This document shows positions 1 through 9,332 of a DNA stretch of 42,663 nt, one piece after another. Numbering within the stretch: the stretch's first letter is position 1; every line of letters starts with the position of its first letter. The position numbers and the translations under genes are program-made. The DNA comes from Ilumatobacteraceae bacterium (GTDB lineage Bacteria > Actinomycetota > Acidimicrobiia > Acidimicrobiales > Ilumatobacteraceae): assembly GCA_964203725.1 (NCBI GenBank), contig CAXNNK010000001.1, forward strand, positions 1 through 42,663, read 5' to 3'. The notes below the pieces were generated by a model, which saw nothing but the letters and a program-made list of their open reading frames with translations, was not told where the DNA came from and did not search any database.

Positions 1-317
1 AAACCGCTCGGCAAATACTTGAGCGCGTTAAACATGCACACGCTGTTGGCATACAGGCCAATCGCACCGAGTAGAAAAAGTTGGACTGATGTTTTTGGTG
101 TTGGCCAATTTGTGCGACCAAAGCGCACTGTGCGAATTGTAAAAAGCACAATGGTTGCGATGTAGTAGCGCGATGTCATCAACCCAAATGGATCCGCCCC
201 ATATTCAAAGGCGTGGTAGACGAAAATTGGTGTGATGCCGTACAAAGATGAGCTCAGCAGCCCGAGCACAATTCCAAGAACGCCTTGGTTTTTTAATACG
301 CTTTGGCTTGCTGGCAC
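1..317 (-). CDS. EamA/DMT-family transporter, N-terminal part (continues beyond the left edge)
   Basis: Manual minus-strand translation from GTG at 317..315 gives VPASQSVLKNQGVLGIVLGLLSSSLYGITPIFVYHAFEYGADPFGLMTSRYYIATIVLF...NALKYLPSG and stays open to position 1. The hydrophobic helices look like an EamA repeat. It is absent from the ORF track because the window edge truncates it. Confidence 0.5.
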   Translation of the reverse strand, partial: MPASQSVLKNQGVLGIVLGLLSSSLYGITPIFVYHAFEYGADPFGLMTSRYYIATIVLFTIRTVRFGRTNWPTPKTSVQLFLLGAIGLYANSVCMFNALKYLPSG

Positions 318-326
318 ACAGCAAAA

Positions 327-605
327 CTAGTCGTTGAGCCCCAGTGCCTCGTCGCGTGCACGGTCACGCTTTGCGATGCTGCGCGCGATTCGCACGCCAA
401 TGACGATGAGTGCGGTGATCATGATGCCAAAAGTGGCGTATTGCATTGAGCCGCCACGATCACCAGACAACACAGGCTCGGTTCCGCACCCAGGTTTTGG
501 GTAAAGGCCGATGCAGTCACTGACGTTGCGACCACCTAAAGGGTCGGGAACCGTTGCGGGGAAAGTTGTCGGGAGTACAACACGAGTTGTTTGAACAAAT
601 TGCAT
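327..605 (-). CDS. Hypothetical small protein with a C-terminal transmembrane helix (start uncertain; the maximal ORF extends to a TTG at 650)
   Basis: ORF 327..650 (-). The C-terminus [31 protein letters not shown] is a TM helix followed by a basic stretch. Third-codon positions look coding-like in the 3' two thirds. The stop lies 9 nt upstream of the EamA start. No family recognised. Confidence 0.3.
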   Translation of the reverse strand: MQFVQTTRVVLPTTFPATVPDPLGGRNVSDCIGLYPKPGCGTEPVLSGDRGGSMQYATFGIMITALIVIGVRIARSIAKRDRARDEALGLND

Positions 606-668
606 ACATTCCCATCGTTCCATCTCTTGAGCCCAAATACCACTGTTCAACTACAGTCATTGGTCACT

Positions 669-2234
669 ATGGCAAACCACGATGCTCACGACCAGCAAGT
701 GGTGTTGGTGGTTGATTTTGGGGCCCAATATGCACAGCTGATTGCGCGCCGTGTGCGCGAGGCTCAGGTCTATTCAGAGATCGTGCCCCACAAGATCACT
801 GCGCAAGAGGTGCTCAAGCGCCAGCCAGTTGCGATCATTTTGTCGGGTGGACCAGCAAGCGTGCATGTGGAAGGCGCGCCAGTGCTCGATCCGCAGATTT
901 ACGAACTCGGTATTCCTATTTTGGGTATTTGCTACGGCGCTCAACTGATTGCCGAGCAACTTGGCGGCAAAGTCTCGAGGGGCGGGAGGGGCGAATATGG
1001 CCGCACCGTCGTGCAGCGAATTGCGGGGGTCGAATCGCAGTTGTTGAATGGCGATATTCCCGAACAACTCAATGTGTGGATGAGTCACTTTGACGCGGTA
1101 TCGGAATTGCCGAATGGTTTTGTGGCAACTGCGAGCACTCGGGATGCACCCATGGCCGTGATCGAAAACCCTGAGAAGAAAATCTGGGGAGTGCAGTATC
1201 ACCCCGAGGTTGTGCACACCGAGCATGGCCAGTCAATCATCGAGCAGTTTTTGCATCGACTTGTAGGAGCAAAACTCGACTGGACGATGTCGTCAATTGT
1301 GACAGATCAAGTTGCTGCAATCCGCGCACAGGTGGGCAGCGAACGAGTGATCTGTGGATTGTCGGGTGGTGTCGACTCGGCTGTTGCCGCTGCACTGGTG
1401 CACAAAGCAATTGGCAAGCAATTGACATGTATATATGTAGACATCGGCTTGATGCGCAAAAACGAGAGCGAGCAAGTTGTCGAGACGTTTCATCGGCACA
1501 TGGGTATCGAATTGATTCATGTGGATGCAGGTGCACGTTTTTTTGAAAAGTTGCAGGGCATCACTGAGCCAGAAGCAAAGCGAAAAGCCATTGGTGAACT
1601 GTTTGTGCGCATTTTTGAGGAGCACACGGGTGGGCTGACTGACGCAAAGTTTTTAGTGCAAGGAACGCTGTATCCAGATGTGATCGAGAGTGGCGGAGTA
1701 GACGGAACTGCAAGCGTGATTAAGAGTCATCACAATGTGGGCGGCTTGCCAGACGACATGACATTAAAACTGTGTGAGCCACTGCGCACATTGTTTAAGG
1801 ACGAAGTTCGCAAAGTGGGGACCGAACTTGGTTTGCCCGATGAAATTGTGTGGCGTCAACCATTTCCTGGCCCTGGTCTCGGTGTGCGCATCATTGGCGA
1901 AGTGACACCCGACAAAGTTGCAATTTTGCAAGAAGCCGATTTTATTGTGCGTGAAGAAGTGCGTCTGGCTGGTCTTGAGCGCGAAATTTGGCAAGCGTTT
2001 GCTGTGCTCGCCGATATTCGTTCGGTTGGCGTGATGGGTGACGAACGAACATATGGTCGACCAATAATTATTCGCGCGGTAACAAGTGAAGATGCGATGA
2101 CAGCCGACTGGGCAAGATTGCCGTATGACTTGTTGGAAAAAATGTCGTCGCGAATTATCAATGAAGTAGCGGGCATTAACCGTGTTGTTTATGATGTGAC
2201 ATCTAAGCCACCAGGCACGATTGAGTGGGAATAA
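669..2234 (+). CDS. guaA: GMP synthase (glutamine-hydrolysing)
   Basis: GATase motif [13 protein letters not shown]-pyrophosphatase P-loop [10 protein letters not shown], and the canonical C-terminus KPPGTIEWE. Start set at ATG 669 ([21 protein letters not shown]), not the upstream 591. Confidence 0.95.
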   Translation: MANHDAHDQQVVLVVDFGAQYAQLIARRVREAQVYSEIVPHKITAQEVLKRQPVAIILSGGPASVHVEGAPVLDPQIYELGIPILGICYGAQLIAEQLGGKVSRGGRGEYGRTVVQRIAGVESQLLNGDIPEQLNVWMSHFDAVSELPNGFVATASTRDAPMAVIENPEKKIWGVQYHPEVVHTEHGQSIIEQFLHRLVGAKLDWTMSSIVTDQVAAIRAQVGSERVICGLSGGVDSAVAAALVHKAIGKQLTCIYVDIGLMRKNESEQVVETFHRHMGIELIHVDAGARFFEKLQGITEPEAKRKAIGELFVRIFEEHTGGLTDAKFLVQGTLYPDVIESGGVDGTASVIKSHHNVGGLPDDMTLKLCEPLRTLFKDEVRKVGTELGLPDEIVWRQPFPGPGLGVRIIGEVTPDKVAILQEADFIVREEVRLAGLEREIWQAFAVLADIRSVGVMGDERTYGRPIIIRAVTSEDAMTADWARLPYDLLEKMSSRIINEVAGINRVVYDVTSKPPGTIEWE

Positions 2235-2264
2235 GCCCCTAAAATTCGGTAGGCTTGTCGCATC

Positions 2265-3368
2265 ATGATTCGTAACGCCACTGGGCGTATGCGCCGGTGT
2301 GTGCCTCGTTTGGCCGCCATCATCCTCACCACTTCGGTGGCTGTGGGTTACATCGCTCTGCCTGCTCGGGCACTTGGTGTAAGTCCGGCAACTGGTTCGT
2401 CGGGGGATCAACAGCAACGAGTCAACCAAATCATCGCCGAGTTAGACAAGATCGGTTACCAGATCGATGCACTTGACGAGACATACGCCGAAGCGGTCAA
2501 CCAGCAAGAAGACTTGCAGATTGAAATCGATGCGACGATTGCCAATATTGCCGAGTTGGAAAAGAAATTGTCGGCGATGCAGGAAGATTTAAAGGGTGTC
2601 GCGATGAAGTCGTTTGTGCGCGGTGGAATGTCAAACAGTTTGTCAAGCATTTTGAGTTCGACTAATTCGCTGAGTGACATGGTGCGTAAGAAATACCTCA
2701 CCTCGGTGGCACTCAATACCGGTGCCGGCAATACCGACGCGTTGCAAGGCCTCATTGACGACCTGATTAAAGAGAAGGCGAAGCTTGAAAAGCAGCAAAA
2801 GAAAGCCAGCGATCTAGCCGACTATGCCGTCGCACGTTTGAGCGCTGCTGAAGCACTTGCTTTTGACTACGAAGCACGTCAGGCAGCAGCAGAGCGCGAA
2901 CTTGGGTCGCTCCTCAAATCTGAACGCCAGCGTCGCGAAACGGTGGCACTCGATGCTGCAAAGTCGCAAGCCGCAAAATATGCAGGAACGAAACATACAA
3001 ATGTTGTTGCCCCGTCATCACGTGCCGGTGTTGCAATTAAGGCCGCACTCTCACAACTTGGCGTTCGCTATCGATTTGGCGCAAAGTCTCCTGGGAGTGC
3101 CTTTGACTGCTCTGGCTTAACTTCGTGGGCATGGGAAGTTGCGGGCCTCGGTATTCCGCGCACATCACGCACGCAATATGCAGGTCTTCCACGTATTCCA
3201 ACCGCAGCGGTTCAGCCAGGTGATTTGATTTTTTCGGGTTATCCAATTCACCACGTAGGGATGTACTTGGGTAACGGCCAATATGTGCACGCGCCACGAA
3301 CGGGTGATGTCGTAAAAATTTCTGCCGTTTCGTGGTCACGTGTCGTCGGTGTGGTGAGACCAAGGTAA
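2265..3368 (+). CDS. Secreted NlpC/P60 peptidoglycan endopeptidase with an N-terminal coiled coil (RipA/RipC-like)
   Basis: Signal-like N-terminus (RLAAIILTTSVAVGYIALPARALG), a long heptad-rich segment, then an NlpC/P60 core FDCSGLTSWAW ... HHVGMYLGNGQYVHAP. Confidence 0.85.
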   Translation: MIRNATGRMRRCVPRLAAIILTTSVAVGYIALPARALGVSPATGSSGDQQQRVNQIIAELDKIGYQIDALDETYAEAVNQQEDLQIEIDATIANIAELEKKLSAMQEDLKGVAMKSFVRGGMSNSLSSILSSTNSLSDMVRKKYLTSVALNTGAGNTDALQGLIDDLIKEKAKLEKQQKKASDLADYAVARLSAAEALAFDYEARQAAAERELGSLLKSERQRRETVALDAAKSQAAKYAGTKHTNVVAPSSRAGVAIKAALSQLGVRYRFGAKSPGSAFDCSGLTSWAWEVAGLGIPRTSRTQYAGLPRIPTAAVQPGDLIFSGYPIHHVGMYLGNGQYVHAPRTGDVVKISAVSWSRVVGVVRPR

Positions 3369-3371
3369 TTC

Positions 3372-4142
3372 ATGATCAATACAATCCCCTCAGCACCCGA
3401 CGGATGGCAGGGCAGTTCATTTACCGCTGCAGGCATCACTCACGCCACGTACCGCAAGGGCACCGGACCAGGTGTCGTTGTGGTTCACGAAATACCAGGT
3501 ATCACACCGAGTGTTATTTCGTTTGCCGAGCGCGTGGTTGACGCAGGATTCACCGTGGTAATGCCGCTGTTGGTTGGTGAAGTTGGCCGAGGGCCAAGTG
3601 GCAAATACATGGCCAAGTCAATGAGCAAGATTTGTGTCTCTCGAGAGTTCACCACCTTGGCGATGCGTCAAAAATCACCAGTAGTCAATTGGCTACGGGC
3701 ACTGGCAAAGCAATTGCACAACGATGTTGGTGGTGTAGGTGTTGGTGCAATAGGCATGTGTTTCAGCGGCGGATTTGCGCTGGGGATGATGGTCGATGAC
3801 ATCATGGTTGCGCCCGTGTTGTCACAACCTTCAATGCCGTTTTCGCTTGGTGCTGCTCGCAGTGCCGACTTGGGTATAAGTCTTGACGATGAGATCATCA
3901 TCAAGCAACGCGCAGAAGCAGGATGTCAGGTGCTGGGGTTGCGTTTTACAGGCGACAAACTTGTGGGCACACGATTTGCATCGCTGCAAAAACTGCTTGG
4001 TGATGCATTCATCGCTGTTGAGTTTGAGTCTTCAACCAAGAGTGATCACTCGGTGTTGACCGAGCAATTACAAGAGTCTGGTGTTGTTCGCGTGATCGAC
4101 TTTTTGCAACAAAAACTCAGGCCAAATCACTCCTCACGATAA
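3372..4142 (+). CDS. Dienelactone hydrolase family protein
   Basis: GVVVVHEIPG near the N-terminus and the nucleophile elbow GMCFSGGFA (Cys nucleophile typical of DLH). About 256 aa alpha/beta hydrolase. Confidence 0.7.
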   Translation: MINTIPSAPDGWQGSSFTAAGITHATYRKGTGPGVVVVHEIPGITPSVISFAERVVDAGFTVVMPLLVGEVGRGPSGKYMAKSMSKICVSREFTTLAMRQKSPVVNWLRALAKQLHNDVGGVGVGAIGMCFSGGFALGMMVDDIMVAPVLSQPSMPFSLGAARSADLGISLDDEIIIKQRAEAGCQVLGLRFTGDKLVGTRFASLQKLLGDAFIAVEFESSTKSDHSVLTEQLQESGVVRVIDFLQQKLRPNHSSR

Positions 4143-4851
4143 ATCGTGGATCGCTAAAACTCTGTAGCGACTTGGCAGCCTGAGAAGGCGAAGTGCATGT
4201 TTGAACAATGTGTCGAGCCAACCGACCTTTGGCGGCTTTGGCATCGTGTCCGCCGGCTTTGCCCGATTTTTCGTTGATCGCCACCACGAAATGTTTTGCC
4301 ACAATGTCGGTGTCGAGGGTAAACGATGCGCGATGTTCTTGGGGCAGGAGGTCAATGACTACCGATCCTTTGAATTTTTTGTTGAGAGCCGCCGAGAGAT
4401 CGTCGTGCCACCACCGCGAGAGCAGCCCGAATGGCGCGAGCTGGGCACCCATTTTGAGCCGATAGTCGGGTACTGGATCATCAGCGCTCACCGCGCCAAG
4501 AAGTCCAGAGATCACGACGATGCTGCCCAGTGCGCGATCACGTTGCGCTGCTGTAAGAGTTGCAAGATCGAGATGATCCCAAACTACGCCTGTGTAGCGC
4601 TGGTAGGCGGGGAGTGATGGAGAACCACGGAGGCAGGAGTTGGCTTCGCGTGCTCTGTCTAAGTGCTTGCCCTTGACCCCAAGAAGAGCAGTGTCGCCAC
4701 CCTTAAGCGTTGCGAGGCGATCGACAAGTTGGGTTCGTTGCACGGTAAAAGTTTTTCCAAATGTGCCCGAGGTATCACGCCATGGTTTTTTGAGCGCGCC
4801 ACCCTCGGCTTTTCCTTCAGAAGGCGGGAGCAGAATAAATAACGAAGCCAC
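4117..4851 (-). CDS. yaaA: YaaA/DUF328 peroxide-stress family protein
   Basis: The N-terminal motif ILLPPSEGK follows a GTG at 4851..4849. Length from that start (about 244 aa) fits the family. The upstream 78 codons of ORF 4117..5085 overlap the P450 gene and were discarded. Confidence 0.7.
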   Translation of the reverse strand: MASLFILLPPSEGKAEGGALKKPWRDTSGTFGKTFTVQRTQLVDRLATLKGGDTALLGVKGKHLDRAREANSCLRGSPSLPAYQRYTGVVWDHLDLATLTAAQRDRALGSIVVISGLLGAVSADDPVPDYRLKMGAQLAPFGLLSRWWHDDLSAALNKKFKGSVVIDLLPQEHRASFTLDTDIVAKHFVVAINEKSGKAGGHDAKAAKGRLARHIVQTCTSPSQAAKSLQSFSDPRFIVRSDLA

Positions 4852-4890
4852 GACACGAAAGTATGGCGCACCCCCAAGTAAAGTTGTGGA

Positions 4891-6108
4891 ATGTACGAAG
4901 TAAAACCTGCAACAAGTTGGACAACAGATTTTGACCATGCCGACCCCGCATATAACGCCAACGCTCATGAGATCTGGGACGAATTGCGCGAAACATGCCC
5001 AGTGGCCCACACCGACCGTTATGGCGGCGCGTGGTTGCCCGTCACCCATGCAGATGTTTCTGCAATTGCACGCGACACCGATCATTTTTCTTCTGAAGGC
5101 GCCGTTCTTTCAAACAAGCCACCGAGAGACGAATGGGTTTCCATCGCACCAATAGGTGCAGCACCACCGATTACCTCTGATCCACCATTTCATGCCGATG
5201 CGAGGCGTCTGTTGTTGCCTGCATTCAGCCCACAAGTGATCAACGAATGGGAGCCAGAGATTCGCCGTCTCTGCAACGAGTTGATCGACAACATGGGCGA
5301 CCTGGATACCGTTGATGCCGCTACTCAATATGCACAAAATATTCCTGTCTACGTGATTGCCCGCATGCTTGGGTTGCCAGTTGAAGACAGCGACTATTTC
5401 CGAGACACCGTGCACTTGGTGCTCGAGGGTATTGGTGCACCGTTTGGTGAGCGTCAGGAAAGTTTTGAGCAGCTTGACGCATATTTGTCAAAGCATGTGC
5501 AAGATCACATCGAGAATCCAAAAGATGACCTCATCGGCTTTTTATTGAATGCAAGAATTTATGATCAACCGTTGTCGCCAGCGCACGTTGTTGGCACCAT
5601 CATCTTGTTGATGGTTGCGGGCATCGACACAACGTGGAGCGCGATTGGTTCGTCCATTTGGCACCTCGCGCAGTATCCATCCGATTTGGCGCGCATGGTC
5701 AATGAACCAGAACTTCTTCCAACCGCAATCGAAGAGTTGTTACGTGCATATGCACCAGTAACGATGGCACGCATTGTGAGCAAAGATGCCTCTATTGGCG
5801 GTTGCCCAGTCAAGCAAGGCGACTCTGTGTTGCTGCCGTTTCCAGCAGCCAACCGCGACCCACAAGTGTTTGACCGAGCCAACGAAGTAGTGATTGATCG
5901 CGAAGAGAATCGCCACGTCGCTTTCGGGCTCGGCATTCATCGTTGCCTCGGTTCCAACCTGGCGCGACTCGAGTTGCGAGTAGCCGTAGAAGTCTTCATC
6001 GCGCGATTCCCCAAGTTTGACTTAGCAAATGCCGATGCAGTGACGTGGAGCCTTGGCCAAGTACGCGGCCCGCGCAAGTTGCCGGTGCGAATTGTGCAAC
6101 GCTCGTAA
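4891..6108 (+). CDS. Cytochrome P450
   Basis: Heme-thiolate loop FGLGIHRCLGSNLA (FxxGxHxCxG), I-helix AGIDTT, and ExxR (EELLR). Confidence 0.9.
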   Translation: MYEVKPATSWTTDFDHADPAYNANAHEIWDELRETCPVAHTDRYGGAWLPVTHADVSAIARDTDHFSSEGAVLSNKPPRDEWVSIAPIGAAPPITSDPPFHADARRLLLPAFSPQVINEWEPEIRRLCNELIDNMGDLDTVDAATQYAQNIPVYVIARMLGLPVEDSDYFRDTVHLVLEGIGAPFGERQESFEQLDAYLSKHVQDHIENPKDDLIGFLLNARIYDQPLSPAHVVGTIILLMVAGIDTTWSAIGSSIWHLAQYPSDLARMVNEPELLPTAIEELLRAYAPVTMARIVSKDASIGGCPVKQGDSVLLPFPAANRDPQVFDRANEVVIDREENRHVAFGLGIHRCLGSNLARLELRVAVEVFIARFPKFDLANADAVTWSLGQVRGPRKLPVRIVQRS

Positions 6109-6111
6109 TTA

Positions 6112-8334
6112 GTGACCAACTCTCAACCCCCACACTCCATCGATTTGGACGGGCTTAACCCCGATCAGCGCGATGCGGTATTGCATCCGAGTGGACCATT
6201 ACTTGTTGTAGCCGGTGCTGGCTCGGGCAAAACTCGCGTACTCACGCAACGCATCGGGCATCTCATTGCTACGGGCACGCACCCGATGCACATCTTGGCA
6301 ATCACGTTTACGAACAAGGCGTCGCAAGAAATGCGTGAGCGAGTGGCAGCAATTGTTGGGCCAGTTGCCAGGCAGATGTGGGTGAGCACATTTCATGCTG
6401 CATGCGTACGAATTTTGCGCGCCCAAGCCGATCACATTGGTTATCCAAAAACTTTTTCAATTTATGATCAAAGCGACTCAACGCGCTTGGTGGGGTATTG
6501 CATCAGAGACCTCGGCCTCGACCCAAAGCGTTTTACACCTCGTGGAGTGCAAGCACGCATCAGTCTGTGGAAAAACGAATTGGTGATTCCACACGATGCC
6601 GCATCGTTGGTAGACAATTCAATCGATGCAAAGCATGTCGATGTGTACCGTGAATACCAAAAGCGATTAGAGCGCGCTGGTGCTATGGACTTTGATGACC
6701 TGTTGACCAATACAGTTCGTCTTTTTCGTCAGCACCCCGAGGTGTTGCGCACATACCAGGAGCGTTTTAAGCATATTTTGATTGACGAATATCAAGACAC
6801 CAACATGGCGCAAAATGAGATTGTGTTGTTGTTGGGTGCACTGCATCACAATGTGTGCGTGGTGGGCGACACCGACCAGAGCGTGTACCGCTTTCGAGGG
6901 GCCGATTTTCGCAACATCATGCAGTTTGAAAATGCGTTTCCCGAAGTAACGACTGTTGTGTTGGCGCAAAACTATCGCAGCACGCAAACGATTTTGGATG
7001 CTGCGAATGCGGTCATCACAAACAACATTGATCGCAAACCGAAAGATCTGTGGACCGACTTGGGTCAGGGCGAAAAAGTAATTCGTTATTTTGCCGACGA
7101 CGAGTTTGGCGAGGCCAATTGGGTTGTCAATCGGCTCAAGGAGGTGCACGACTCGGAGCATCGTCCATGGAGTGACTTTGCTATTTTTTACCGCACCAAT
7201 GCACAGAGCCGTGTGCTCGAAGAATCTCTCATTCACCGTGGCGTGACCTACAAAGTTATTGGTGGCACCAAGTTTTATGATCGTCGCGAAGTCAAAGACG
7301 CACTTTCGTATTTGCGATTGTCATACAACACGCTTGACGAAGTAAGTCTCAAGCGAATTTTGAATGTGCCAAAACGCGGCATTGGCGACACGACTATCGG
7401 CAAACTTGATGTGTATGCCAACGAGTGTGGCATCTCGTTTGCCTTAGCACTGCGCAAGGCTGCCGACGCTGGTGTGGGTGCTGCGGCGTTGCGCGGCATC
7501 AGTGCTTTTAATCAGATGATTGATGAGTGTCAGGCATTGTTGGCCGATGGTCCAAGTGCTGTGTTGCGCCACGCGCTGAATGCTGGTGGTTATATGAGCG
7601 AGTTGAAGGCTGAAAACACGGTGGAATCGGCTGGGCGCGAAGAAAACATCAATGAATTGATTGGTGTTGCTGCCGAATTTACGCAAGTTGACGAGTTTTT
7701 GGAGCAGGTTGCACTCGTTGCTGACACCGATCAACTCGATTCGGATAACCATGTCACATTGATGACGTTGCACTCAGCAAAGGGTCTCGAGTTTCCGGTC
7801 GTATTTATTGTGGGAGTGGAAGAAGGAATTTTTCCGCACAACCGAGCGCTCAACGATCCAGTCGAATTGGAAGAAGAACGGCGACTTGCATATGTAGGGA
7901 TCACGCGCGCCAAAGAACAACTCGTGCTCAGTCATGCATGGAGCAGAAGCTTGTATGGCTCGACGCAGTACAACCCGCCATCCCGATTTTTGAGTGAGAT
8001 TCCCGACGAATTGATACAACGAGAAGGCAGCGTCGATTCAGGTGCAGACTCTGAGCGGTACAGCTTTCGGTCACACGCCGATCGCGGCTATGCGCCGCAG
8101 CAACGCCTCAATCGAAACAACACCAATGTTGCACCTGTATCAACTGCTCACCAACAAGATGCCAATCACGGGTTTCGAATTGGTGACGACATCGAGCATC
8201 CAACATTTGGCGAAGGCGTAATTATCGAGATTCGTGGCGCGGGTGAAAAAGCTGAGGCAACAATTCGTTTTCGATTGGTGGGAACCAAGCACCTCTCGCT
8301 GGCCTGGGCTCCGCTCAAAAAACCAGGTTCGTGA
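6112..8334 (+). CDS. pcrA: ATP-dependent DNA helicase PcrA/UvrD
   Basis: Walker A AGAGSGKT, motif II DEYQDTN, LAQNYRS, TLHSAKGLEFPVVF, VGITRAK, and a C-terminal Tudor-like HPTFGEGVIIEI. GTG start lies 3 nt after the P450 stop. Confidence 0.9.
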   Translation: MTNSQPPHSIDLDGLNPDQRDAVLHPSGPLLVVAGAGSGKTRVLTQRIGHLIATGTHPMHILAITFTNKASQEMRERVAAIVGPVARQMWVSTFHAACVRILRAQADHIGYPKTFSIYDQSDSTRLVGYCIRDLGLDPKRFTPRGVQARISLWKNELVIPHDAASLVDNSIDAKHVDVYREYQKRLERAGAMDFDDLLTNTVRLFRQHPEVLRTYQERFKHILIDEYQDTNMAQNEIVLLLGALHHNVCVVGDTDQSVYRFRGADFRNIMQFENAFPEVTTVVLAQNYRSTQTILDAANAVITNNIDRKPKDLWTDLGQGEKVIRYFADDEFGEANWVVNRLKEVHDSEHRPWSDFAIFYRTNAQSRVLEESLIHRGVTYKVIGGTKFYDRREVKDALSYLRLSYNTLDEVSLKRILNVPKRGIGDTTIGKLDVYANECGISFALALRKAADAGVGAAALRGISAFNQMIDECQALLADGPSAVLRHALNAGGYMSELKAENTVESAGREENINELIGVAAEFTQVDEFLEQVALVADTDQLDSDNHVTLMTLHSAKGLEFPVVFIVGVEEGIFPHNRALNDPVELEEERRLAYVGITRAKEQLVLSHAWSRSLYGSTQYNPPSRFLSEIPDELIQREGSVDSGADSERYSFRSHADRGYAPQQRLNRNNTNVAPVSTAHQQDANHGFRIGDDIEHPTFGEGVIIEIRGAGEKAEATIRFRLVGTKHLSLAWAPLKKPGS

Positions 8335-8367
8335 ACTGAAACATCACCTGTAATCCCGGCTGAAACA

Positions 8368-8901
8368 TCAGCCTTGCAAGTCGATCAACAACGTTGAACG
8401 GGCCTCAATAATCGGCGTGACATCGCTCGGTTTTTGTAATTGATCGGACTGCAAGGTTCGACCATCGCAATCGGTAAACATATGCGACTGCTGAATCTGC
8501 GACACCAAGCAATCGGAACTCTTGTCGGCGGGGTACGCGTAGTAGACCTGCCAGCCCTTGAGCGGGTCGGTGCCGTAATGCTCAATGACGATAGAGCGTT
8601 TGCCATTGACATCTCGCAGGTCGGGGTACAGGATTGGGCCACTTTTGGCAATCGACTCGGCGACGTCGGTTACCTGACCAACGACGAATGTTCGGGCGCC
8701 TTGTACGACCTGGCGCTCACTGCGCTCTGTGGCAAATGTCGCCATCAGCCAGGTCACACCAAAGAGAACGGCAAAAAAGAGTAGCCCTCCTGCGATTGGC
8801 AGAACCGCACGGGCGAGTGGCGAGCGAAGGCGAATTTCCATGCTTCTAGTGTGGCCGAGAGCGACGAAATGTACGCCCTCGATTGAGTTGGAATCGGTCA
8901 C
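8368..8901 (-). CDS. Hypothetical single-pass membrane protein
   Basis: ORF with one TM helix (VLPIAGGLLFFAVLFGVTWLMATF) and a roughly 120 aa extracytoplasmic domain containing two Cys. Start is either GTG 8901 or ATG 8841. No family recognised. Confidence 0.5.
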   Translation of the reverse strand: MTDSNSIEGVHFVALGHTRSMEIRLRSPLARAVLPIAGGLLFFAVLFGVTWLMATFATERSERQVVQGARTFVVGQVTDVAESIAKSGPILYPDLRDVNGKRSIVIEHYGTDPLKGWQVYYAYPADKSSDCLVSQIQQSHMFTDCDGRTLQSDQLQKPSDVTPIIEARSTLLIDLQG

Positions 8902-8927
8902 TCCCGAGGGCGTAAGGTTCTGAGGTC

Positions 8928-9332
8928 GTGAAACGTCCTTACCGAGTTGTTGTGGCCAAGCCAGGCCTAGATGGCCATGATCGTGGCGCCAAGACGATCA
9001 CGCGCGCCCTTCGAGACCATGGATTTGAAGTCATCTATACGGGATTACATCAGTTGCCCGAACAAATTGCCGAGACCGCACTGCAAGAAGATGTGGACGC
9101 CGTTGGGCTGTCGCTGTTGTCGGGAGCGCACCTCACACTGTTTCCTCGGGTGATGGAAGAATTGCGCACGCGCGATCTCGGAGACGTGCTCATTTTTGGT
9201 GGCGGAGTAATTCCTGATGCCGACGCGATTGAGTTGCGCAGTCAGGGTGTTGGTGAAATATTTGGGCCAGGTACTTCGCTCAAAGAAATTGCAACATGGC
9301 TTGAGCAAACGCTTGATGCTCGAGAACACTAA
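8928..9332 (+). CDS. Cobalamin (B12)-binding domain protein, methylmalonyl/isobutyryl-CoA mutase small subunit type
   Basis: [32 protein letters not shown] contains the DxHxxG B12-binding motif. Size is about 134 aa. Confidence 0.85.
   Translation: MKRPYRVVVAKPGLDGHDRGAKTITRALRDHGFEVIYTGLHQLPEQIAETALQEDVDAVGLSLLSGAHLTLFPRVMEELRTRDLGDVLIFGGGVIPDADAIELRSQGVGEIFGPGTSLKEIATWLEQTLDAREH

Noticed and set aside
330-668. Purine or ZTP riboswitch upstream of guaA
   Set aside because: I could not find the conserved cores of either class on the plus strand by eye. This needs a covariance-model search to exclude formally.
2248-2255. GGTAGGCT resembling the centre of an IdeR iron box
   Set aside because: The flanks do not match the 19-bp TTAGGTTAGGCTAACCTAA-type consensus and the dyad symmetry is missing.
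2235-2264. Possible cyclic-di-AMP (ydaO-type) riboswitch upstream of the NlpC/P60 gene, as seen upstream of some actinobacterial cell-wall hydrolases
   Set aside because: Only 30 nt separate guaA from the hydrolase start, far too short for that riboswitch.
1764-2429. 221-aa minus-strand ORF spanning the guaA 3' end and the NlpC/P60 5' end
   Set aside because: It is antisense to two confidently assigned genes, has low-complexity Arg/His/Cys-rich composition and no recognisable motif. This is a typical shadow ORF.
4852-5085. N-terminal extension of the yaaA ORF (start at 5085)
   Set aside because: The extension is Cys-rich, overlaps the P450 gene and precedes the family's N-terminal LLPPSEGK motif. 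GTG 4851 gives the expected length.
6667-7236. 189-aa ORF antisense to pcrA
   Set aside because: It lies entirely inside the helicase core on the opposite strand, with no motifs. Shadow ORF.
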